Positions 39,559-48,566 of a stretch of DNA of 64,000 nucleotides are shown here, piece by piece. The DNA comes from Alphaproteobacteria bacterium (GTDB lineage Bacteria > Pseudomonadota > Alphaproteobacteria > SP197): contig OZ219918.1 of the NCBI GenBank assembly GCA_964291415.2, forward strand, positions 640,001-704,000, in the 5' to 3' direction. How positions within the stretch are numbered: the first letter of the stretch is position 1; each line of letters begins with the position of its first letter. Under the pieces are notes generated by a model. The model did not search any database, was not told where the DNA came from, and was given only the letters and a program-made list of their open reading frames with translations. Position numbers and translations under genes: made by a program.

Positions 39559-40784
39559 GTGCCGTGAAGGTTCTGGTGTCTGACACCTCCGTCCTGATTG
39601 ACCTCGATCGCGGGAGCCTTGTCGAACTGGTCTTCCGGCTTCCGTTCGAATTCACCGTTCCCGTCATGCACTGCTACGCAACCTACGCCATGGCGCGCGC
39701 GGCGGGCCTCGAACCGGACGATGCTCGCATCATTGCGACGTCCGCCCAATTCGTGGACGACAACGTCGCCCGAAGTCATGTCGAGTTCGGCGACGGGTCG
39801 CGTCTCGACCAGGAAGCTACCGCCCACCATCCTATCGACCTGTCGAATCGCGACGACCGCGACCAGCGCAGGGTCTGGGTACCGTTCCATTTCATTCCGG
39901 GCAATGAAGGCGACGACTACACCGAGCGCCTCAAGTGCCCCATGGACAGCCCGATCGTCCGCGAGTTGCCGGACCATCACCTGACATATGCGGATCGCGG
40001 CTTCGGGGTGCACCTGCTCGGCATCACGGCGCATGTCTATGCGGATACGTTCTCCCACTACGGCTTCTCGGGAGTCAGCTCGCGCGGGAACAAGGTCGAC
40101 AATTCCAGCTTTCGCTTTCACGAGGAGGTCGAAGAGGCGGACGGCGGAGTCGCACCATTGTCACCGGAGATGAGGGGTTACGTAACCGAGAAGGCCGATC
40201 GGCTCTTCAGGGATCGTGGCGACCACGGCGGGTTGCTCACCAATGTCAAGAGCTGGCTCGCCGAAGAGCTTTCGGGCGCTCTCGGGCATGGTTCGGTGGC
40301 AACCCTGCCGGACAGACCCTATCTGGTGTGGAGCTTCGACTACGAGCGGCCCGATGCGGTTGCCGGTGGGCGCAGCATCCGCAACAACCCGGTCACATAT
40401 CTGGCAGGCTGCGGCGCCTTGCACGAGATGTTCAGGCGGTTCGCCGCGATGAGGGCGGATGCGCGCGACGGCGGTGACGGCCGCGACTTCGAAGCCATCG
40501 CGGACCAGGTTCGTGAAGTGCTGCTCGTGCAGGCCGACAAGGCCGGGCGCATCGCGGCCTGGCAGGATGCGGCCCGGTCCGGAGAGATATTCGGGCCCGG
40601 CGACGAGGACATCCCGGAATATGACGGGCATGTCTGGAACGAACAGTGGCAGGGGCTGGACGGTGCTGAGGACTACCAGGCGGCCCAAGACTTACCCGTC
40701 TGGCAATTCTATCGGGCGGCCGCCGTGCATCGCACCTATGTGCTACGTGATCTTCTTCCGAAACACGGGCTCGTCGTGGACTAG
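39555..40784 (+). CDS. Chimeric ORF: PIN-domain N-terminus fused to a DUF6765-like metal-binding protein
   Basis: KVLVSDTSVLIDL (PIN strand 1) runs in frame into MHCYATYAMARAAG...AQFVDDN...WVPFHFIPGN...HVYADTFSHYGFSG. Confidence 0.7.
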   Translation: MSAVKVLVSDTSVLIDLDRGSLVELVFRLPFEFTVPVMHCYATYAMARAAGLEPDDARIIATSAQFVDDNVARSHVEFGDGSRLDQEATAHHPIDLSNRDDRDQRRVWVPFHFIPGNEGDDYTERLKCPMDSPIVRELPDHHLTYADRGFGVHLLGITAHVYADTFSHYGFSGVSSRGNKVDNSSFRFHEEVEEADGGVAPLSPEMRGYVTEKADRLFRDRGDHGGLLTNVKSWLAEELSGALGHGSVATLPDRPYLVWSFDYERPDAVAGGRSIRNNPVTYLAGCGALHEMFRRFAAMRADARDGGDGRDFEAIADQVREVLLVQADKAGRIAAWQDAARSGEIFGPGDEDIPEYDGHVWNEQWQGLDGAEDYQAAQDLPVWQFYRAAAVHRTYVLRDLLPKHGLVVD

Positions 40785-41029
40785 TGGCTCAGGAAGGAGC
40801 GCCCGCTGTGTCGCCAAAGGGTCAATTTTTGGTGTCGCGTGAAAATATGTGCACGGAGCGATGGGCGGTGAATTCCGAGGGTAGGCCGCATTGGATGATC
40901 GCCGGCACCACCGGCTCGGAGGCCGGGTGATGGAGCGAGGCCAGAGGAGTAGGCGCTAATGCACAAGAGTGGCGTAGGTTATGAATGTGGGCGACGATGG
41001 TCTCGCCGGGTTCTGGTGCAAATTGGCCC

Positions 41030-41248
41030 TCATGTGGATGCGAGCCTGTCGGCCTCCGCCGTCGTGGTGGCCCGGCGGCTCGCCGCCCATTTATCCAGAT
41101 CGGACCGACGGTAGCGTACCCGGTTCCCGAAGCGGTGGAAGGCAGGCCCCGCGCCGCTCACGCGGTAGCCGTCCAACGTGCGGGGCGAGAGGCCGAGATA
41201 GTTCGCCGCGCGCCTGGTGTCGAAGAAGCCGCCGTCATCGTTGCCCAT
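41030..41248 (-). CDS. Excisionase-like HTH_17/AlpA DNA-binding protein
   Basis: AANYLGLSPRTL...GPAF...VRYRRSDLDKW; AGGGGG RBS. Confidence 0.85.
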   Translation of the reverse strand: MGNDDGGFFDTRRAANYLGLSPRTLDGYRVSGAGPAFHRFGNRVRYRRSDLDKWAASRRATTTAEADRLAST

Positions 41249-41731
41249 ATTGTCCCCCTTCGATTGCCCGAAGTCCCAGACCTTCCGCGGCGCCGATCCG
41301 ATGCCGGCCGCCGCGCACCGGCGCAGCGACCGTAGGAGGGGCCGCCGGGTTTTGCAAAGCGCACGGTAAGGAGAAAACCGGCGACCTCCCGCCGTTCGGA
41401 CCCATGCGCGCGCTCCCGCGCGACGGCGTTGACACCGCGCGACCGCATGTCGTCGTCAGCCCGCCAGCCGCGTCCGGGGAAGCCCCGGCCCAAGTCAGTG
41501 TGGCCGCCGTAACTCCGGAGTTTGGGGAGTCCTGCAACGCCGGGGCATACATGTTCACCGCGGCGCGCGGTTTCGGAGCCCGATCGCTCTCTGCATGCTC
41601 ACGGAGCCAGAATAGGTTCAGAGGGAAAGTAGAAAAAACTGCTATATTACGGTCACGTACGGAGTTACTGAGCGCGTTCTACGATGTGCGTATCCACAGA
41701 AATGGTCCCGCGATGCCGAGCCATGAGCACC

Positions 41732-41960
41732 TCATAAATCGGCCGGGCGAGCGACGCCGTGGAACGCGAACAGATCCGAGAGATCGTCGACGCTGAGATC
41801 GAGCAACGCGGCAGCCCGGCGGACGGAGACGAGCCCGTCCCCGACAGCAAGACCGACAATCTCCATGAACGTCCTCGAAAACAGCGCCGGCGGCACATTC
41901 TCGACATCATCGCGACCGTTGTGGCGCAATGCGTCGTCCGGAACCGCCTCCGGGTCGCCA
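41732..41960 (-). pseudogene. C-terminal fragment of a second XRE-ImmA-type protein
   Basis: PPALFSRTFMEIVGLAVGDGLVSVRRAAALLDLSVDDL resembles the C-terminal HTH of IrrE-family proteins; no N-terminus is present. Confidence 0.5.
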
Positions 41961-42387
41961 CATGCTCCACACCGTATCGGTGCCGGATCCAGCTTCACGT
42001 CCGATACCGCCATGGCCACCGTCTACAATCCCAACTCCCTCCCGCACCCGTCCCAATCCCTTGACGACGATTCTAGTCCGTCCCTCTCTGCGGCAGTTCC
42101 CGTGCCAGCCTCCGATGTCCTCACCGGTTCCAAATCCCGGTCGGCCGCCTTCCCGTCCTCCGGTCCCGTCACCCTGTCCTCCCCCAACGGCGTCGATGGT
42201 GGAAGAAAAAGCCGTTATATCGCCGAGAGTTATGTGAGAGACGACGCTGCTCGTCGAGGAGCGTCGTCGTGTGCGTACTCTTCCTTGTTAGACATCATGG
42301 CTTGACCTGCCCTGGCCTCGAGGATCGTGGGTTATTCTCGAGGTCAGGAACCCTTTGAGCACAGAGCCACATCGAGGAGGGCAGGTC

Positions 42388-43515
42388 ATGATCGATTATA
42401 GCGCATACGTTGGTCTGGACGTCCACAAGGAGACGATTGCGGTAGCGGTTGCGGTGCCGGGTCGAGAGGAGCCGGTGTACCGGGGCGAGATCGCCAATAA
42501 GCGTTCGTCCCTGCGGCGTCTGGTGGGGCGGCTGAGCCCCGATGGCGAGGTGTTGAGCTTTTGCTACGAGGCCGGTCCCTGCGGCTATGGGGTGTACCGG
42601 GAGCTTGTGGCGACGGGGCACGACTGCATGGTGGTGGCGCCGAGCCTGGTTCCGCGCAAGGCGGGTGACCGGGTGAAGACGGACCGCCGTGACGCTTTGA
42701 ACCTGGCGCGTCTTCATCGTGCCGGGGAGTTGCGTCGGGTGTGGGTTCCCGACGCCGACCAGGAGGCGATGCGGGACCTGACGCGAGCGCGCGAGGACAT
42801 GAAGGCAATCGAGCTCAAGGCCCGGCAGCGCCTGGGGGCGTTCCTGCTGCGCCACGAGCGGATCTACGCCGGGCGCAGCCGCTGGACGCAGGCGCACTTC
42901 CGCTGGCTTGAGCAGCAGTCCTTCGAGCATCCGATGCAGCAGGTGGTGTTCCAGGAGTACGTGGACGCGGTGCTGGACGCCCAGCGCCGGGTGGCGGGCC
43001 TGGAAGATCAGATCCACCAGGCCGTGTCGTCGTGGTCGCTGCGTCCTTTGGTGGAGGCCCTGATGAGCCTGCGCGGGGTCAACGTTCTCACCGCGGTCAC
43101 GGTGCTGGCCGAACTCGGCGACCTGACGCGCTTCGACAGCCCCCGTCAACTGATGAGCCATCTGGGCCTGGTGCCCAGCGAACATTCGTCGGGTCTGAGA
43201 CGGCGTCAGGGTGGGATCACCAAGACCGGCAACGGTCATGTGCGCCGCGTGCTCGTCGAGGCCGCCTGGAGCTATCGCTTCGCGGCCCGCAAGACGGCCC
43301 ATCTCAGGCGCAAGGCAGCCTCCGCCCCGCCCCGCGTCCAGGCCCTCGCCTGGGCCGCCCAGAAACGCCTGTGCGGGCGCTACCGGCGGCTCTCCCATGC
43401 CGGCAAGGCGCACTGCCAGGTGATCACCGCCGTGGCCCGCGAGCTGGCCGGCTTCATATGGGCCATCGCCTGCGAGATGGCCGGCCGTCCCCACAACAGT
43501 CGCGCCCTGGCCTGA
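42388..43515 (+). CDS. IS110-family recombinase/transposase
   Basis: RuvC-like DEDD (VGLDVHK, CYEAG, KTDRRDA) and Tnp domain GLVPSEHSSG...ITKTGN; GAGGAGG RBS. Confidence 0.96.
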   Translation: MIDYSAYVGLDVHKETIAVAVAVPGREEPVYRGEIANKRSSLRRLVGRLSPDGEVLSFCYEAGPCGYGVYRELVATGHDCMVVAPSLVPRKAGDRVKTDRRDALNLARLHRAGELRRVWVPDADQEAMRDLTRAREDMKAIELKARQRLGAFLLRHERIYAGRSRWTQAHFRWLEQQSFEHPMQQVVFQEYVDAVLDAQRRVAGLEDQIHQAVSSWSLRPLVEALMSLRGVNVLTAVTVLAELGDLTRFDSPRQLMSHLGLVPSEHSSGLRRRQGGITKTGNGHVRRVLVEAAWSYRFAARKTAHLRRKAASAPPRVQALAWAAQKRLCGRYRRLSHAGKAHCQVITAVARELAGFIWAIACEMAGRPHNSRALA

Positions 43516-43578
43516 GATCCGCAGGGCCTGAAACAACCAACAACTCTGCTTGGCAGGGCAACCAACAAAGGACGATCA

Positions 43579-43779
43579 GGCATGACGGGTGCGGAACGCG
43601 GGCGGCCGGTGAGGAGAACCCTCGTTCGGGCTATGCGAGGCGAACCGGAACGTTCGTCAACCCGCGTTGTTAGACAGAGGCAGCTCCGCGACGAAGTGAA
43701 GTCAAGTGGTAACCAACCCACGGATATCAGAGTGATCCACCGTCGCAACAAGCCGCCCGCGGTCCGCTCCCGTCATGCC
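43579..43779 (+). ncRNA. Predicted bridge/seek RNA of the IS110 element
   Basis: A 28-bp closing stem (26/28 paired) encloses two stem-loops whose internal loops match the element's target and junction sequences. Confidence 0.75.
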
Positions 43780-43847
43780 AAAAGGGGGTGGGGACAAAAA
43801 CAGACCGAGCCGGTATAGACAGGTCAATCCATATCAGCCCCGTAGCG

Positions 43848-44038
43848 TTCCACCAGCATTCCCTCGGAACTCCCGGCACCCGGAGGCAAGCGGCACAGCA
43901 GGATCTTGTTCCTTGGCGCGCGATACACCCTGTCGTTGAGGCTTTCCTTCTGCCGGTCCCTTCCGGATTCCCGACGGCAGCCGGGAAGGGCCGGACGGAG
44001 CGGTCCCGGCCTCGCCATTCCCGGAAGATTGCGACCTC
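43848..44038. repeat. Dispersed non-coding repeat, copy 2
   Basis: Direct copy of 37316-37630 lacking the central ~135 nt. Confidence 0.85.
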
Positions 44039-44152
44039 TCGCGGCGGTGGCCCGCGCTGGGGCCGTTGACGAAACAACACCTTTGTGCGCGCCGGCAAGA
44101 GCGATATGATGACCGGGGCAGGTACGCGGCACGCGTACAGCGAAGAGATGAC

Positions 44153-47137
44153 ATGGGGATTGCCAAGCTAGCTTCGAAGTTCGTCTCCTTCGACATGATC
44201 ATGTTCGGCCTTCACAAGCACCTGATCATCACGAGAGCGAGATTTCCCGAGTTCGCGCGAAAGATGGCCGAACGCGACCTCGTGGCCCAGGTCATGATCC
44301 ACCAGGAAAGGTCCGGATACTGGTTCGAATTCAGGGGCGGGAAGGTCAGGCTCTCGAAAGGGGTCTACGAGAGGCCCGATGTGACCCTGGGATTCCGCGA
44401 CCGGCGCACGGCCAGAGACCTCCTGATCCCGCCCTTCGACTGGTCCGAACAGATCCATGCCCAGAAAATGTTCCGGCTGACCATGGACGGCAGGCCGGAC
44501 GACACCGCCTGGTTCCAGCGCCTTCTCATACGTTCGACGACCATCGGCGAAAGCTACGGCCAGAATCGTCCCGGCGGCGAGGTCCGCTACGTCAACAACA
44601 ACAATGGCGGTCCGGTTTTTGTCGATGTGAAGGATGGCAGGATCGTTCGCATGACGCCCATTGTGCTGCGCGACGACGACGCGAAATCCTGGACCATCAC
44701 GGCCAGGGGCAGACAGTTCTCGCCACCCCGCCGGGCCGCCATTGCCTCCCATGCCCTGTGCATGAAGTCGCGGGTCTATTCCGAAGACCGCATCATGTAT
44801 CCGATGAAACGGGTCGACTTCGATCCGCATGGCGAGCGCAACTCCGGCAACCGTGGCGTCTCCGGACACGAGCGCATCTCGTGGGACGAGGCGCTCGCCA
44901 TCGTTGCCGGGGAAATCGTCCGTTGCCGTACGCAATCCGGTCCGGGCTCGATCGGCACGCTCATATCCGCGCACCACCTGTGGGGCAATGTGGGCTACCA
45001 CCTCAGTGCCGCGCACCGGTTCTGGAACCTGATCGGCCACACCTACATCGAGCACAATCCCGAAAGCTGGGAAGGCTGGTTCTGGGGTGCGATGCATCAC
45101 TGGGGGCATTCGACACGGGCCGGGGCCGGAGATCCCTATGGCCTGGTCGAGGACTGCCTGCAGAATGCCGACATGATCGTCTTCTGGTCCTCGGACCCGG
45201 AGGCGACCGGCGGTTGCTACGCAGGCACCGAAGGATCGATCCGGCGTCAATGGGCCAAGGAACTGGGGATCGAGTTCGTTCACATCGACCCCTACTTCAA
45301 TCACACGGCGCAGGTTCTCGGCGGCAAATGGATCGCTCCGCGCCCCGGCACCAGCAATGCACTGGCGCTCGCCATCGCCTTCGTCTGGATCGACGAGGGT
45401 CTCTATGACACGGACTATGTCGAACGCGTCACCACGGGCTTCGACGAATGGAAGGCCCATATCATGGGCGAGGACGGCACGGTGCCCAAGACGCCGGAGT
45501 GGGCCGAGGTGGAATGCGGGGTCGAGGCGCACGTGATCCGTGCGCTCGCCCGCAAATGGGGCAAGTCCAGGACCTATCTCGGGGCCGGCGGCTGGGGCAA
45601 CTCCGTGGGCAGCGCCAATCGCCAGTCGACCGGCGTGCAGTGGGCGCGTTCGATGGTTTGCCTGGCGGCGATGCAGGGCATGGGCAAGCCGGGCTCGAAC
45701 ATGGGCAACCTGCAGTTCGGCACACCAATCGACTACACGTTCTATTTTCCCGGCTACGTGGAAGGCGGCATTTCGGGCGATCTGGAATACACCGCGTCCG
45801 CGGTCAGCAACTACCAGCGCATGCCGCACCTGATGACGGTGAACAGCGTCAAGCAGAGGATCCCGCGCCTCAAGTTGGCCGATGCCATTCTCGACGGACG
45901 GTGCGAAGGCAACGTCATGGCCGTCGACAGCGTGACCGGCCAGTTCGAGAAGCACGTCTATCCGGCCGAAGGCTATGCGCCGGTGGAAATGCTCTATCGC
46001 TACGGCAGCTCCTATACCGCGACGATCGGGGATTCGAACCGCCTGATCGAGGCGTTTCGCTCGCCGAAGCTGAAGTTCATCGTCAACCAGTCGATCTGGA
46101 AGAACAACGAGACGGTCTTTGCCGACGTGATACTGCCCGCCTGCACCAACTACGAACGCTGGGACATCGGAGAATGGGCGAATCCCGGGGCGCTGGTCTT
46201 TCACGCCCAGTCGCAGCTGAACCACCGGGTCGTGGCGATGCAGCACAAGTGCATCGAGCCGGTGGGCGAATCCAGATCGGACTACGAGATCTTCTTTGCA
46301 CTCTCCAAGAAACTCGGGCTGTCGGACTACTATTCCGAGGGCATGACCGAATACGACTGGGTGAAGCGGGTCTATGAATCCTCCGACATGCCCAAGGTCA
46401 TGCCGTGGAGGAAGTTCCTCAAGCGGGGCTATTACGTCGTGCCGCCGGATTCCGAGGACACCCGCGTGCCGACGGCCTACAGCTGGTTCGCGAACGAGGA
46501 AAAGAAGAATGTGCCCGACGCAACACCCGTGGCCAGCGAATACAACACGGAGTGGCTGAAGGGCCTGCAGACGCAAAGCGGCAGGTTCGAGTTCGTGCCG
46601 GAGACGCTCAGACGCAATCCGCCCGAGGTCGACCGGCCCGCCGTCAACACCTACCAGCGCGGCTGGGAAGGTTACTGGGACGAGGAGCGCCGGCGAAAGT
46701 ATCCGCTGCAGATGATTGCTCCTCACCCTCGCTACAGCTTCCACACGATGGGGGACGGAACCGATTCGTTCCTGTCCGAGATCGAGGATCACCGGGTCTG
46801 GGTGGATGGCTGGCCCTACACCAAGATGCGAATCCACCCGGAAGACGCCGAGGCGCGGGCCATCAGGGACCGGACGCTCGTGCGCGTCGCCAACGACCGC
46901 GGAGGCCTGGTCTGCGCGGCGCAGGTTACTTCGAGGATCCGCAAGGGTACGGTCCACGTCTACGAATCCTCGTCCCTCTACAGGTCCGCCGGCGAGCCCG
47001 GCAAGTCGGTGGATCTCGGCGGCGGTGCGAACCAGGTCTCGTCAGGACGCATGCAGGTCAGGAACTCGCATGCCGGCGCCGGCAACTCGATCCTCGTGGA
47101 GGTCGAGAACTGGGATGGAAAGGCAGGCTTTCAATGA
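44153..47137 (+). CDS. DMSO-reductase-family molybdoenzyme, pyrogallol-phloroglucinol transhydroxylase large-subunit-like, with extra N-terminal domain
   Basis: GGPVFVDVKDGRIVR, YPMKRVDFDP, HHLWGN, NPESWEGW (Ser Mo ligand), FADVILPACT and PHPRYSFHT motifs; no Tat signal. Confidence 0.85.
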   Translation: MGIAKLASKFVSFDMIMFGLHKHLIITRARFPEFARKMAERDLVAQVMIHQERSGYWFEFRGGKVRLSKGVYERPDVTLGFRDRRTARDLLIPPFDWSEQIHAQKMFRLTMDGRPDDTAWFQRLLIRSTTIGESYGQNRPGGEVRYVNNNNGGPVFVDVKDGRIVRMTPIVLRDDDAKSWTITARGRQFSPPRRAAIASHALCMKSRVYSEDRIMYPMKRVDFDPHGERNSGNRGVSGHERISWDEALAIVAGEIVRCRTQSGPGSIGTLISAHHLWGNVGYHLSAAHRFWNLIGHTYIEHNPESWEGWFWGAMHHWGHSTRAGAGDPYGLVEDCLQNADMIVFWSSDPEATGGCYAGTEGSIRRQWAKELGIEFVHIDPYFNHTAQVLGGKWIAPRPGTSNALALAIAFVWIDEGLYDTDYVERVTTGFDEWKAHIMGEDGTVPKTPEWAEVECGVEAHVIRALARKWGKSRTYLGAGGWGNSVGSANRQSTGVQWARSMVCLAAMQGMGKPGSNMGNLQFGTPIDYTFYFPGYVEGGISGDLEYTASAVSNYQRMPHLMTVNSVKQRIPRLKLADAILDGRCEGNVMAVDSVTGQFEKHVYPAEGYAPVEMLYRYGSSYTATIGDSNRLIEAFRSPKLKFIVNQSIWKNNETVFADVILPACTNYERWDIGEWANPGALVFHAQSQLNHRVVAMQHKCIEPVGESRSDYEIFFALSKKLGLSDYYSEGMTEYDWVKRVYESSDMPKVMPWRKFLKRGYYVVPPDSEDTRVPTAYSWFANEEKKNVPDATPVASEYNTEWLKGLQTQSGRFEFVPETLRRNPPEVDRPAVNTYQRGWEGYWDEERRRKYPLQMIAPHPRYSFHTMGDGTDSFLSEIEDHRVWVDGWPYTKMRIHPEDAEARAIRDRTLVRVANDRGGLVCAAQVTSRIRKGTVHVYESSSLYRSAGEPGKSVDLGGGANQVSSGRMQVRNSHAGAGNSILVEVENWDGKAGFQ

Positions 47138-47976
47138 CCAAGTGGAACATGATCCTCGACGTCGATCGCTGCAACAACTGCCGGAACTGCTTCCTCTCGG
47201 TTCTCGATGAATACGCCGAGAACGAACACGCAGGATACAGTGCCCCGACTCCGCGCAAGGGCGCGCACCTGATGGAAATCGATACCCATGAAAGGGGCAG
47301 CGGCCAGGACCTGGACGTGACCTACGTCCCGGTTACCTGCAACCACTGCGATGATGCGCCCTGCATGAAGGCCGCCGAAAAGGGTGCCGTCTACAAGAGA
47401 CGGGACGGGATCGTGATCATCGACCCGGTCAAGTCCAAGGGGCAGAAGCAGATCGCACAAGCCTGTCCCTTCGGCCGTGTCTACTGGAACGAAGAGCTGC
47501 AGATCCCGCAGATCTGGACCTTTGATGCGCACCTCTTGGACCAGGGCTGGGAGCGACCCCGCATGGCAGATGCCTGTCCGACGCTGGCCATCGAGACCGT
47601 CAAGTGCTCCGATGCCGAAATGGAATCCCGTGCACGACGCGAGAGCCTGCGCACGCTGCAACCGGAACTGGGCACGAAACCCAGGATCTACTACCGAAAC
47701 CTGGACCGGATCTTCGAGAACTTCGTCTCAGGATCCGTGCTGGTGAAATCCGGTGACACGCTGGATATCGTCGAAGGCGCCGAGGTCGTCCTCAGGCAGG
47801 ATGAAGACAAGACCATCGAAACCAGGACCGATTTCTTCGGCGACTTCACGTTCACGGGCCTGCCGTGCGAGGCCACCGAGATCGAGATCGAGGTGCGGTC
47901 GGGCGGCAAGACCGTATCCCGGCGCATGACCGTCGCACGATCCGGCCGGGTGGATCCCTTCATCCTCGAGGCCTGA
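47134..47976 (+). CDS. Fe-S small subunit of the transhydroxylase-like enzyme with C-terminal beta-sandwich domain
   Basis: CNNCRNC, CNHCDDAPC, ACPFG, ACPT and TDFFGDF motifs; ATGA overlap with the large subunit. Confidence 0.85.
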   Translation: MTKWNMILDVDRCNNCRNCFLSVLDEYAENEHAGYSAPTPRKGAHLMEIDTHERGSGQDLDVTYVPVTCNHCDDAPCMKAAEKGAVYKRRDGIVIIDPVKSKGQKQIAQACPFGRVYWNEELQIPQIWTFDAHLLDQGWERPRMADACPTLAIETVKCSDAEMESRARRESLRTLQPELGTKPRIYYRNLDRIFENFVSGSVLVKSGDTLDIVEGAEVVLRQDEDKTIETRTDFFGDFTFTGLPCEATEIEIEVRSGGKTVSRRMTVARSGRVDPFILEA

Positions 47977-48149
47977 GCCGGCACATCCTTCCCGGCGGAC
48001 ATATGTGCGGATGGAACCGGCACGCGAAGGGAAGGACAAATGGAACCGTTCTCGCCCGGGTCGCGTTCGAACGGTGCATGCCGTTGTCGTCCCGCCCTGA
48101 GGACGCCGTGGAACGGCATCGCGAACCATCGCCCGGCGTGGTGGCGGCG

Positions 48150-48566
48150 TCAGGTTCGGTGCTCCTTGGGGAACTCGGTGTCGCTCCGCTCAGGGGCATT
48201 TCCGGACATTGTCTTGGCAAACTGTATGGCCAATTCGGAGATACTGAAGGACCGACGATCACGAAGCTCGAGGAATTGTTTCGCGAAGCAACGACAGGCT
48301 TTCCGTTTAGTCTGGTTGCATTCCTTAGCACCGACGATCCCAAAGTTCCTGCGGGGCCCGACGACCGGAAGTTAGTCACCCTGGCTGATTTCTTCGCGTA
48401 TATGGATGAAGATGTGGAGCTGTGGAACAAGAGATATTCGTGGGAACAATCCGCCGGCAGGCAGTGGCAGCACTATCTCGATGACCTGAGCGCGTTTTTC
48501 GCGTTTCTCGACAAGACAGAAATTTTGGCAACACAAATGGCGCGAGAGCAAGGCATAGTTCGATAG
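48150..48566 (+). pseudogene. AT-richer coding fragment of unknown function
   Basis: The 3' half of ORF 47865-48566 reads as a globular protein but has no clear start. Confidence 0.3.

Larger units (their letters stand above)
42290..43837 (+). mobile_element. Intact IS110-family element, IS1111-type (sub-terminal inverted repeats, long 3' non-coding region)
   Basis: Sub-terminal IRs ATGGCTTGACCTG (42297-42309) and CAGGTCAATCCAT (43820-43832) match at 12/13 positions; an AG dinucleotide sits at both ends (42290-91 and 43836-37). Confidence 0.88.

Noticed and set aside
42040-42190. Pyrimidine-rich strand-skewed tract left of the IS
   Set aside because: No periodicity, convincing ORF or structure; probably decayed mobile-element DNA.
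42180-42295. Integron attC/attI site (several GTTA motifs, AACGGC...GCCGTT dyad)
   Set aside because: There is no complete R''-L''-L'-R' structure, no cassette array and no intI in the window; kept only as a note on the IS target.
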